Positions 1-7,999 are shown, counted from the stretch's first letter. The stretch: 37,201 nucleotides of DNA from a virus (IMGVR_UViG_3300027956_000023:1-37201); one strand, 5' to 3'. Notes: a model not told the origin generated them from the letters alone. Numbers and translations are program-made.

Positions 1-325
1 CTTCGGCTCCTCCGAACTCGCCAATTGGGCGCGGGAGATTGCCGTTCTCCATGAAGTAGGCCAATCAAAGCCTAGACGCTTCCAATTGGCCTTCTGCAAG
101 CGGGGAGGGAGGATTGGACTCCCTTCTCCCATTCTCAACCTTCAGCACTCAGCCACCGGCATCCAGTGGGAGGAGTGCAACCCCCTCGCGTTCACTGGGG
201 CTGATCTGAAGGGGGAGAAGAGCGGGAAGCCTTCTTATCCTCGTCGAGGGCGTCGCGCATAGCCTTGAACCAATCCTCTCCATCAGCCGCTTTCTCTTCG
301 GGGGGAGCGGCTTGTTGCTGTTGGG
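1..325. repeat. Terminal direct repeat, left copy (circular-assembly overlap or terminal redundancy); contains the duplicated 3' end of the primase-helicase gene (stop at 262)
   Basis: 1-325 matches 36877-37201; I found one mismatch (T127 vs C37003). Confidence 0.95.
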
Positions 326-740
326 GTTTCGAATCCAGATCATCCTCCTCCGAGTCGGCCACATCATCGGTCTTCCTGCCTCCCTTGCGACGACGCAGCC
401 ACACAACCTCGCCCTTCACCTTCCGAAGCTCCGATCTCAATGATGATATATCACGCTTCAGCTCTGTCACAGTGCTCATCAATAGTGATATCTTGTCCAC
501 CTCCTCGGCGGGAACCCAATCACAACCACGCCACTGGCGATGAATACGATCGAATATCAATACAGCGCTCTTCATGTGGCGCATCGAATCAAACGCACGA
601 AGCGCACGGCCAAGATCGCATTTCAGATTCTCGCGAATGTAGGTCACGACCTCGGACCGAGTAGGGTCGGCGTCGTGCCGCATGGGCGGCATCAGGCGGA
701 ACATGGCGCGGAGGGTGGAACCGTTCTCTAGATAACTCAT
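192..740 (-). CDS. Hypothetical protein (182 aa): possible winged-helix N-terminus, coiled coil, acidic/basic tail
   Basis: ORF 192..857; ATG at 740 (MSYLENG...) preferred because the upstream part runs through the hairpin cluster. Heptad-like LMSTVTELKRDISSLRSELRKVK. Overlaps the primase-helicase 3' end convergently by 71 nt. Confidence 0.7.
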   Translation of the reverse strand: MSYLENGSTLRAMFRLMPPMRHDADPTRSEVVTYIRENLKCDLGRALRAFDSMRHMKSAVLIFDRIHRQWRGCDWVPAEEVDKISLLMSTVTELKRDISSLRSELRKVKGEVVWLRRRKGGRKTDDVADSEEDDLDSKPQQQQAAPPEEKAADGEDWFKAMRDALDEDKKASRSSPPSDQPQ

Positions 741-788
741 AGGAGAACCAAGGTACGTTCTCCCGGGGCACCCGTCAAGTATCCAGAA

Positions 789-942
789 GGAACTTCCAAT
801 CACGGTCCCAGAAAGTTCCGCGCCCCCCCCGCTATCTCCCCTAAAAGGGAGTTTCATACTCCCTTAAAAGGGAGTCAATAAATGCATCGCCGCAACGCTC
901 TGGGGGGCTCTAACGGCCCCCCGCTGCGGCGGCATTTATTGA
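789..942. other. Cluster of inverted and direct repeats; candidate replication origin or structured control element
   Basis: GGAACTT/AAGTTCC (789-819); CTCCCYTAAAAGGGAGT twice (836-852, 859-875); three-stem hairpin 875-942 (TCAATAAATGC/GCATTTATTGA, CGCCGCA/TGCGGCG, GGGGGGC/GCCCCCC). Confidence 0.6.
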
Positions 943-1368
943 GAACCCCCGACTGATTGCGAAACTTGGAAGCAGGGATCCGGGGATCCGGAGGGTAGGA
1001 GGTAGGGGTATCGGAGCACTGAAACCGGAATGCTGGGTCCGATGGATGGATGTGGATGCCTCGCAATCGATCAGAAAGGGGTCGCCAGTGCGTCGGAGGG
1101 GTGCTTCCGCATCAAATTGCGAAAGCGGGGTACGCGGGGCTGGAAACGGAAGGGCCGAAACCGCTCCATTCTGCCGCTCCATTCACACCCACGGATGATT
1201 GGCCAACTCAATCCCGCTCCATGATGAGGTATCGGGGTATTAGCATTTCTAATTTCCGAATTCCGAATTCCGTATGGCGTATGCGGGATCTTGGAATACC
1301 GCACCATGAGATCGCATGATCCCGAAACAGATTTCGGGATGATACCGGCAAGGTCGCAGGGGATGTAA

Positions 1369-1435
1369 CGGGGTGGGACATAGGGTGTCGTACCCTGAGG
1401 TGCTATGTAAATAGCGGGGTTGGACATTGGGTGTC
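1369..1435. repeat. Pair of 21-nt direct repeats with internal dyad (operator/iteron-like)
   Basis: CGGGGTGGGACATAGGGTGTC (1369-1389) and CGGGGTTGGACATTGGGTGTC (1415-1435), each with GACA-N5-TGTC. Confidence 0.6.
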
Positions 1436-1550
1436 CGATGGGTGGCAACCTGGGGAAGTGTGACAAGCGGGAAGTGACCAGCGGACAGACTAGGAAGGAG
1501 AGACTGGCCCACTAGGAAGGACAAGCGGGGCGGGGCGATGCCATGCGGGC

Positions 1551-1585
1551 AAAGAAAGAGCCCCTAGGTGATTCCTAGGGGCTTT
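1551..1585 (-). terminator. Intrinsic terminator of the reverse-strand operon (possibly bidirectional)
   Basis: Stem AGCCCCTAGG/CCTAGGGGCT (1559-1583), 5-nt loop, followed on the minus strand by CTTTCTTT; lies just downstream of the last gene (stop at 1602). Confidence 0.8.
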
Positions 1586-1601
1586 GGTGGGGGCTTCTAT
1601 G

Positions 1602-1691
1602 TCAATTGCCGGCGAGGGCGGAGAGAAAGAGGAGGAGGGTGAACAGCAGGCATAGGGCTAGGTAACCGAGAACGCGAAGTATGGGCTTCAA
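1602..1691 (-). CDS. Small single-pass membrane peptide (29 aa, MKPILRVLGYLALCLLFTLLLFLSALAGN)
   Basis: Hand-translated (below ORF-track cutoff); TTG start overlaps upstream TGA (TTGA); long hydrophobic stretch; ends right before the terminator. Confidence 0.7.
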   Translation of the reverse strand: MKPILRVLGYLALCLLFTLLLFLSALAGN

Positions 1692-1984
1692 AGTTGCCCT
1701 TTCGCTTTGACGATCGCGGCGCGGGCGATTTTGAAAGACTCAGGCTCGCCGTGATACCCGTGGGCAGAGTCGGAATCTTCCTTGAGGTACTCGGCGCTTT
1801 CTAGGAGTCGCTCCAACGCGGCTAGTAGCTCAGGCGCGGAGGCGATTAGGTGGGCGTTGGACATAGTTTCGTCGCTCAATCCACCAAATGCGTCACAAAT
1901 GACAACGCGAGCGGTTTCAACCTTAATAAGGTTGGGGCGATGAGAAACTAGATGCCAAGGGCCGGGAGTGTGGGTGGGCTTCAC
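1688..1984 (-). CDS. Phage protein of the widespread 'HTPGPW...NAxLIAxAPELL' family
   Basis: Motifs THTPGPW and NAHLIASAPELLAALE; GTGA-coupled start with GGAGG upstream. Confidence 0.85.
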   Translation of the reverse strand: MKPTHTPGPWHLVSHRPNLIKVETARVVICDAFGGLSDETMSNAHLIASAPELLAALERLLESAEYLKEDSDSAHGYHGEPESFKIARAAIVKAKGQL

Positions 1985-2238
1985 AGCTTCCTCCCATCGA
2001 TGACCTCGAGACGCAATCCAAGGGGGACAAGCTTCTCCTCGATCACAGGGCGCACTCGGTCAGCGCAATCGGCGCAGAATACTTTGATGGAAACGTAATG
2101 GGGACCCTTGCAAGCGGAGAGTTCCACAGCCCGCCGATAATCCAGAATAACCCCGCAGTCGGGGTGGCAGCAGAAAATCGCACGCCCCACGGCGCACTTG
2201 AATGCGTCCCGTTGAATCAAATCGAAGGCGGATTTCAC
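1981..2238 (-). CDS. Small Cys-rich (putative zinc-binding) hypothetical protein, 85 aa
   Basis: Start reassigned to GTG at 2238, overlapping the upstream TGA; CCHPDC and CADC motifs. Confidence 0.75.
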   Translation of the reverse strand: MKSAFDLIQRDAFKCAVGRAIFCCHPDCGVILDYRRAVELSACKGPHYVSIKVFCADCADRVRPVIEEKLVPLGLRLEVIDGRKL

Positions 2239-2942
2239 AGCGCCACCCCTTCCTTGAAATGCGTGGCTCCGGTCCCGTGCACGGGGATATGGATTGAAAG
2301 GATACCGCTTCGGGACCCGTCGCAGAATAAACAGTCGGCGCATGAGGTCCCGTTGCGTTCACTGGCGCATAACTTTTCGAAACTATGGTGATCTAGATCC
2401 GGTGTGACCCGGAAAGTAGACCAGCCCATGCTGCGGGCGATGAGAAGTTCGGCGGTGGTGTCCACACTGGCCATTAGGATGGAACGCCAAGCTTGCAAGG
2501 AGGGCTTTCGCCATTGATGGGTATATCCCGTGTGACCGCTTGCAACACCAGCAATTGCAAGGGCGAGGCCGATGGGAATATGCGTGGGGTCGCCGTAGGC
2601 TCCGAAACGGACTTTGCGCCCGGTGAAAACCTCGAGGCTGCGCAAGGGAGAGTATCGGCCCGCTTTCCACGCTTTCCAAATCCCTTGCGGAGCCTGTCCG
2701 GGATTTACGTAGCATGTCCTTTCCACACCGAAGCGACCGTTTTCTTCGTGCCCCCGATGGACGCAAGATCCACAGATTAAGCGATCAAGACCCGTCCGGA
2801 TCGCTTCGGTGGGGGAAACGGATTTGACCAGAATCCACACTTGGATCATGTCGCCGGTTTTCCGGTTGTCGGAAGCTTTGGAGAAGCCGGTCGCGATTAC
2901 CACACGGTGCTGATCCTCATGGATGACGTATCCGTTGCTCAC
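2235..2942 (-). CDS. Cys-rich putative Fe-S / radical-SAM-like phage protein (gp88-like family)
   Basis: S-x-N-x-K-T-G, ICGSC...TCYV, VRFGAYGDP, GYTHQW, MASVD, and C-terminal CASE...CADCLFC; this motif order resembles phage gp88-like proteins (from memory). Confidence 0.65.
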   Translation of the reverse strand: MSNGYVIHEDQHRVVIATGFSKASDNRKTGDMIQVWILVKSVSPTEAIRTGLDRLICGSCVHRGHEENGRFGVERTCYVNPGQAPQGIWKAWKAGRYSPLRSLEVFTGRKVRFGAYGDPTHIPIGLALAIAGVASGHTGYTHQWRKPSLQAWRSILMASVDTTAELLIARSMGWSTFRVTPDLDHHSFEKLCASERNGTSCADCLFCDGSRSGILSIHIPVHGTGATHFKEGVAL

Positions 2943-3193
2943 AGGGAACCTCCTTCAATCTCCTTCATGATCGCACGAAGAGCTGTATCAATGTGGTCGT
3001 CGTTCAGGTAGGAATAGAAATTAGGAAAGCCGACAGCGCGAGTGGCGGAATAGAACAGGTCCCAGCGAAGCCGCTTTTCGATGTCCTTTGCCCTTCCTTC
3101 CTTCCGGATGAACTCACGGTGCGCGGGTATCCGGGCGGCAAGCGGGCGGCAGGAATCGAGCAACCATTGATAATGTTCGGGCAGAATCTTCAA
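2939..3193 (-). CDS. Hypothetical protein, 84 aa
   Basis: TTG start overlapping upstream TGA with GGAGG upstream; RLRWDLF and YSYLNDDHIDTALR motifs recalled from early phage proteins. Confidence 0.8.
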   Translation of the reverse strand: MKILPEHYQWLLDSCRPLAARIPAHREFIRKEGRAKDIEKRLRWDLFYSATRAVGFPNFYSYLNDDHIDTALRAIMKEIEGGSL

Positions 3194-3300
3194 TTGGCAC
3201 CTCCAATGATAGCGTCAACGAGGATCCAGATGACCGGGAGGAGGAGGATGTGAAGCGCTAGGAAGCCTAGAGCGCGGAGGAGTTTCGAGGGGATTTTCAT
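3190..3300 (-). CDS. Small single-pass membrane peptide (36 aa, MKIPSKLLRALGFLALHILLLPVIWILVDAIIGGAN)
   Basis: Hand-translated; first ATG after the predicted promoter; hydrophobic core; its stop overlaps the next start. Confidence 0.75.
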   Translation of the reverse strand: MKIPSKLLRALGFLALHILLLPVIWILVDAIIGGAN

Positions 3301-3336
3301 GAGGTAAAACGGAACCGGTGATCGGTTCACGGGGGA

Positions 3337-3365
3337 AGAATGCAACGGGTTGCGATAGGAGTCAA
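3337..3365 (-). promoter_or_regulatory. sigma70-type promoter for the reverse-strand operon
   Basis: Minus strand TTGACT (3365-3360), 17-nt spacer, CATTCT (3342-3337); dyad GCAAC-GG-GTTGC overlapping the spacer; 5'-UTR hairpin GAACCG/CGGTTC at 3312-3328. Confidence 0.7.
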
Positions 3366-3430
3366 CAGGAAATTACATGGAAAGATCGAAAGGGATTCAC
3401 GGGCACACTTTGTGGGGCAAAGTGACGGGC

Positions 3431-3880
3431 ATGGAAAGCGACCAGGTGAAGGAACGGAAAGCGGGAAAGAGCGGGAAGGGGAAGGAACCCATTATCCGTC
3501 CTTCCGGCGCAGTGAAAAAAAATGGGCCGGATCCCAAGTCCGTCGCGGAGTCCGACTGGTCACGGGTACTCGATGCGGCTTCTCTCGGGATCCCATTTGA
3601 GCGGCTTTGCCATCTAGCCGGCATGACGGACAAGACCTTCACGAAGTACTTGCTGCGATATCCAGAACGGAAGGAAGCCATCGAAGCCGCAAGGACTCGG
3701 GGGGAGTATGACCTCACCTCCGTTGTCCGCCAGTGTGGTAACGGCTGGCAAGGCTCCGCTTGGCTATTAGAAAGAACGAGAGGCTACGTCGCCCGCGCTC
3801 AACTCGATCACACTACCAAAGGAAAGGAGTTGTCGGTAAGTGGTAATCTACTAGGAGCGTTTGGTGGTGGAAACAAATAG
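3431..3880 (+). CDS. terS: Putative terminase small subunit
   Basis: Directly upstream of terL; HTH-like GIPFERLCHLAGMTDKTFTKY; WQGSAWLLER motif typical of TerS-position genes. Start could be 3377. Confidence 0.7.
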   Translation: MESDQVKERKAGKSGKGKEPIIRPSGAVKKNGPDPKSVAESDWSRVLDAASLGIPFERLCHLAGMTDKTFTKYLLRYPERKEAIEAARTRGEYDLTSVVRQCGNGWQGSAWLLERTRGYVARAQLDHTTKGKELSVSGNLLGAFGGGNK

Positions 3881-3883
3881 GAT

Positions 3884-3985
3884 AGCGTATACCAATAAGC
3901 GTATAGCAATAGGGACGACGGGGTAGGGGGGACCCCCACGAGGGGGGTGGGGTGATACCTGATACCCCCTCCCCGTACCCAACCC
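3884..3985. other. Repeat- and G/C-tract-rich terS-terL spacer; candidate packaging (pac) region
   Basis: Tandem AGCGTATASCAATA x2 (3884-3911), several G4-G6 runs, TGATACC x2, complementary C runs. Confidence 0.4.
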
Positions 3986-3991
3986 AATTTT

Positions 3992-5533
3992 ATGGCAGTC
4001 AAGCAAATTAAGCGCAAGAAATCCCCTTCACTCGGCATGGGTTCGCATATCCCTGCTTGGAAGCAGCGGAAGCTCTTGGAGGAAGCTCAGCACCTCTCGA
4101 ACTTCCCTGAGATGATGCTTGGCCTACGCGATACCTATGCGTGGCAGAAGGCGGTGTTGGGGGCTCTGAACGAGAAGCATGCGAAGGTGGCGTTGAAGGC
4201 TGCGAACGGCTCTGGCAAGACGAGCATGGTGGCGGCGTCGGCTGTCATATGGCACATGCTTCGCTGGCCGGGGAGTCTGGTGGTATGTACGGCTGGTGTG
4301 TACCGACAGGTGGCCGACGCTCTGTGGCCGCATCTGCGGAAGATGATCAATGGCTTGGGTGGCGAGGAGAACGGTTTCTCGATCAAGGATGGCGAGATCC
4401 GCTATGTATACCCGAGGTTGGTTGATGGCCAACAATTGATCAGTCGCTGCATCGGGTTCTCAGCCAGCAACCCGGAGAAGGCTGAGGGCTGGCATGTGCA
4501 GGGTCCGAGCAACGACCTGATGTACATTGTGGACGAGGCGAAGGCGGTGCCGGACGGGATCTTTCAGTCGATGGAGCGGTGCCAGCCGACGCGGACGCTG
4601 CTGATGAGCAGCCCCGGTGGCAGCAGCGGGTACTTCTACGATGTATTCCGCCGGAACGACGGCAAGTGGAAGACCTTTACCGTTACCGCTTTCGACTGCC
4701 CGCATATCCGGAAGGAGTGGATCGATGATCAGTTCGCCCGCTGGGGCGAGGGTCACCCGCTGGTTCGCTCGATGATCTACGCGGAGTTCATGGAGGACGA
4801 TGGGAGCCTTACGGCTGTACGGACCGCCGACTGGCAGAAGCTGGTTAGTGGCCCACCCAAGGAGGATACCGAGGGGCACCGGTTGACCGCGGGTTGCGAC
4901 TTCTCAGCCGGCGGGGACGAGAGTGTGATGGTGGTGAGACAAGGGAACACGGTGAAGGGTCTGATCCGCTGGCGGGACAAGGACACGATGGCGAGTGTGG
5001 GCCGGTTCATCAGTGAGTTTCGGAAGTGGAAGCTGAAGGCTGAGGATATCTATGCCGACGTAGGAGGCATGGGGGTGGTGATGTGCGATGCGCTGAGGGC
5101 GGAGGGGTGGGACGTGCGGCGGGTGAACTTCGGGGAGCGGGCGATACGGGATGATCAGTTCGTGAACAAGGCGGCTGAGATGTGGATCGAGTTCGGGCGG
5201 ATGGTGGAGGAGGGGCGAGTGAACCTGGGACCGGTGGGTACGGATGAGGTGCTGCTCCAGCAGTTTGTGAGTCGGAAGGTGAGGACCAATGGCAAGGGGA
5301 AGCTGACATTGGAGGGTAAGGACGAGCTGCGAGCCCGCGGGGTGAATAGTCCGGATAGGGCGGATGCGGTGGTGCTGGCCTTCTGCGGAGCCGGGGGGAA
5401 GCGGATGGACGATTACATGAAGGCGTTGGGCGAGGATGGGAGGAGCCTATTGGAGCGGATGGAGGATGAGATGGGGGCGATTGAGGGGGATGGTAAAGGG
5501 TCTGCGCTTGCTGGTTGTGAGGTTGGGGGATAG
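3992..5533 (+). CDS. terL: Terminase large subunit
   Basis: Walker A AANGSGKT, Walker B YIVDEA, coupling motif SSP, nuclease acidic motifs GCDFSAGGDES and SPDRADA. Confidence 0.95.
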   Translation: MAVKQIKRKKSPSLGMGSHIPAWKQRKLLEEAQHLSNFPEMMLGLRDTYAWQKAVLGALNEKHAKVALKAANGSGKTSMVAASAVIWHMLRWPGSLVVCTAGVYRQVADALWPHLRKMINGLGGEENGFSIKDGEIRYVYPRLVDGQQLISRCIGFSASNPEKAEGWHVQGPSNDLMYIVDEAKAVPDGIFQSMERCQPTRTLLMSSPGGSSGYFYDVFRRNDGKWKTFTVTAFDCPHIRKEWIDDQFARWGEGHPLVRSMIYAEFMEDDGSLTAVRTADWQKLVSGPPKEDTEGHRLTAGCDFSAGGDESVMVVRQGNTVKGLIRWRDKDTMASVGRFISEFRKWKLKAEDIYADVGGMGVVMCDALRAEGWDVRRVNFGERAIRDDQFVNKAAEMWIEFGRMVEEGRVNLGPVGTDEVLLQQFVSRKVRTNGKGKLTLEGKDELRARGVNSPDRADAVVLAFCGAGGKRMDDYMKALGEDGRSLLERMEDEMGAIEGDGKGSALAGCEVGG

Positions 5534-5551
5534 GAAAGGGGGAGGATTTTT

Positions 5552-7441
5552 ATGATGAACGACAAACAGCGGAACTCGTTACAGGGCCAGATAGTCGAGG
5601 CTGTTGGCCAACGTAGTCCGTGGGAGCTGCGGCAGACGAGGTGGTATGAGTTGCGCCATCATGGTCTTCGCCGGACGAACAAGCCCTGGCCCAAGGCCGC
5701 GGATCTGCATTGGCCGCTCATCGATACGGCGATCGAGAAGCTCAAGCCATTGTTCCTACAGCAGGCTCTGGGCATGGATGTAGTGGCCAGCTTTGTTCCG
5801 ATGCGCCAGCAGTTGAATGCGTACACGCGGGTGGCTGAGGACTGGTTCAATTACAAGATTCGGGACAAGACCAACTTCGTGGACGAGGTCTTGAGCTGGG
5901 TCGATTACACCCTGATGAGCGGGCGTGGTGTGATGAAGTGCTTCTGGAATCCGGGTGACAAGCGGGTTGGGTTCGAGGCGGTGGACCCGATGTATATTGT
6001 GGTGCCGGCGTATACGACCGATTTGCAGGATGCGGACTGGCTGGTGCATGTGATGCCGATGAGCGTCAATGCGTACAAGCGGATGGCCGGCCAGTTCGGT
6101 TGGAAGTCGGATAACAAGACGATCGAGAAGATCCGGGGGAACCCGCAGGAGGATGATAACATACCGGGTGCGGCGTCCGAGAATGATGCGAAGCAGTTGA
6201 GAGAGGGTATCACCTATACCACGAACACCGATGGCGTGATCGTGTGGGAGGTTTATCGGAAGCGGGATGACGGGGTGTGGGAGGTTTATCTCTATAGCCC
6301 CGCGGCGGTGGATCTGGACCTGCGGGATCCCATGGAACTGCCCTATGATCATGGACAATGTCCGTTCGTGGACTTCCCGTATGAGATCAAGGACAAGGGT
6401 TGGTTCAGCCCGCGAGGGGTGTGCGAGATCCTGGCTCCGTTCGAGCTGAGCATGACCTCGATGTGGAACCATAAGCATGATGCGATGACCCTGTACAACC
6501 GCCCGCTGTTCCGTGCGGAGCGGGAGTTGCCCAACTCGATCAACCTGCGGTTCCAGCCGGGACAGATTTTGCCGTATGGTGTGGCCCCGGTTCAGATGCC
6601 GCAGCCGCCGGTGAGCTTCGATCAGGAGCTGAACCAGACGCGAGCGGTGGCGGAGAACCGGATCGGGAGTCCGGACTACGCGATGGGGAGCGTGATGAGC
6701 GGGGGTTCCGACCGGCGCACGGCGACTGAGATCCAGAGCATCAACGCGCAGGCCATGCAGAGCGGTGATCTCCGGGCAAGGTTGTTCCGCATGGCTCTTG
6801 GCAAGCTGTACCGGCAGGCGTGGAGCCTGTATGTGCAGTACGATAGCAAGAGTCTGCGGTACCGGTTCGCTGAGGATTCGCTGGAAGCAGACCCTGTCGC
6901 TCTGCACGACCAGTACGAGCTGGAGCCGAAGGGTGGAATGGACATGGTGAGCCGGCAGATGATGGTGCAGCAGGCCATCAATCGTAAGCAGTTGTTCATG
7001 AACTCGCCCTGGGTGGATCAGGTGGAGCTGGACAAGAGCATCATGGAGCTGGATGACCCGTCCCTGGTGAAGCGATTGCTGCGGGATCCTGGCCAGAAGG
7101 CTCAGGACGAGCTGGAGGACGAGACGAAGACGATCCCGACGCTCTTGGTGGGCATTCCGGTGCCGGCGAAACCGGGTCAGGACTACGCGGGCCGTATTGG
7201 GGTGTTGATGCAGTACCTCAATGGAGCGATCCAGCAGGGTCAGCAGTTCAGTCCGGCGGCCCAGAATGCGTTTATGATGCGTCTGGACAGCCTGTTGCAG
7301 TTCTACGAGCAGGTGGCGACGAACGAGGCTCGGAAACTGCGGAAGGAGATCCAGAAATTCTTGGAGGGAAGCGGTTTACTGGCGCAGCAGCAGGCCCAGA
7401 TTCCGGTTCCGCCGCCTGAGATGGCGCAAGCCCCTGTTTAA
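5552..7441 (+). CDS. Portal protein
   Basis: 629 aa directly after terL; G-x-G-V-x-K, RTATEI motif and Q-rich helical C-terminus typical of P22/podovirus-like portals. Confidence 0.88.
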   Translation: MMNDKQRNSLQGQIVEAVGQRSPWELRQTRWYELRHHGLRRTNKPWPKAADLHWPLIDTAIEKLKPLFLQQALGMDVVASFVPMRQQLNAYTRVAEDWFNYKIRDKTNFVDEVLSWVDYTLMSGRGVMKCFWNPGDKRVGFEAVDPMYIVVPAYTTDLQDADWLVHVMPMSVNAYKRMAGQFGWKSDNKTIEKIRGNPQEDDNIPGAASENDAKQLREGITYTTNTDGVIVWEVYRKRDDGVWEVYLYSPAAVDLDLRDPMELPYDHGQCPFVDFPYEIKDKGWFSPRGVCEILAPFELSMTSMWNHKHDAMTLYNRPLFRAERELPNSINLRFQPGQILPYGVAPVQMPQPPVSFDQELNQTRAVAENRIGSPDYAMGSVMSGGSDRRTATEIQSINAQAMQSGDLRARLFRMALGKLYRQAWSLYVQYDSKSLRYRFAEDSLEADPVALHDQYELEPKGGMDMVSRQMMVQQAINRKQLFMNSPWVDQVELDKSIMELDDPSLVKRLLRDPGQKAQDELEDETKTIPTLLVGIPVPAKPGQDYAGRIGVLMQYLNGAIQQGQQFSPAAQNAFMMRLDSLLQFYEQVATNEARKLRKEIQKFLEGSGLLAQQQAQIPVPPPEMAQAPV

Positions 7442-7449
7442 GAACACAA

Positions 7450-7752
7450 ATGACCTGCAAAGATTGCCGATATCGGGCCTCTGACAGCACTTGTCGGAGG
7501 TTCCCGCCCACCAGTAGACCCACTTGTTGGCCTACTGTGCTGGAATTTGATTGGTGCGGTGAATTTCACGCTATGACTACCATTGTTGTGCAGCCTCCGC
7601 CGGTTCCAGCAGCGATTCCGGCCCCTACTCCCCATGTAGCTACCAATTTGGAGCAGCTTGAGGAGGGTGTTGCGCCCAGAATCCGGGTTCAGAAGGTTCG
7701 CAAGCCCGAGAACATGAAGGACATCCAAGAATCACCCCTATTCCAGTCCTGA
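7450..7752 (+). CDS. Small Cys-rich protein (CxxC...CRRxPP...WP...WCGEF family)
   Basis: MTCKDCRY...CRRFPP...WPTVLEFDWCGEF. Confidence 0.75.
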   Translation: MTCKDCRYRASDSTCRRFPPTSRPTCWPTVLEFDWCGEFHAMTTIVVQPPPVPAAIPAPTPHVATNLEQLEEGVAPRIRVQKVRKPENMKDIQESPLFQS

Positions 7753-7753
7753 T

Positions 7754-7999
7754 ATGGCCGAGTACCAGGGCAAGAAGGTGACGCTCAACAAGCCGTTCTA
7801 CACTCCGGGCGAAGCGAAGAAGCGGGCGGTTTATGTTCGCAACCCCAAGGGGACTGTGATCAAGGTTCGCTTCGGGGATCCGAAGATGGAGATCAAGAAG
7901 GACATACCAGCGAACCGGAAGAGCTTCCGTGCGCGGATGAATTGCGATACGGCGACGGATAAGACGACGCCGAGGTATCACTCCTGCAAAGCTTGGTAA
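7754..7999 (+). CDS. Small basic conserved phage protein (VxFG...RKSFRARxxC...YWS/C-type family)
   Basis: KVRFGDPKM...RKSFRARMNC...RYHSCKAW; TGA-T-ATG junction. Confidence 0.8.
   Translation: MAEYQGKKVTLNKPFYTPGEAKKRAVYVRNPKGTVIKVRFGDPKMEIKKDIPANRKSFRARMNCDTATDKTTPRYHSCKAW

Noticed and set aside
910-1466. Minus-strand ORFs 910-1182 and 1071-1466 as genes
   Set aside because: Pro/Arg/Ser-rich, overlap each other, lie beyond the operon terminator and run through repeats. Not excluded, but unsupported without homologue data.
760-1600. tRNA or known ribozyme in the non-coding region
   Set aside because: No cloverleaf, T-loop (GTTCRA) context or ribozyme core recognised by eye; a covariance-model scan would be needed to exclude them fully.
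5756-6907. 383-aa antisense ORF over the portal (likewise 14011-14838, 18436-19203, 25439-26257, 26640-27407)
   Set aside because: Typical antisense shadows of GC-rich coding regions; the opposite strand has clear motifs.
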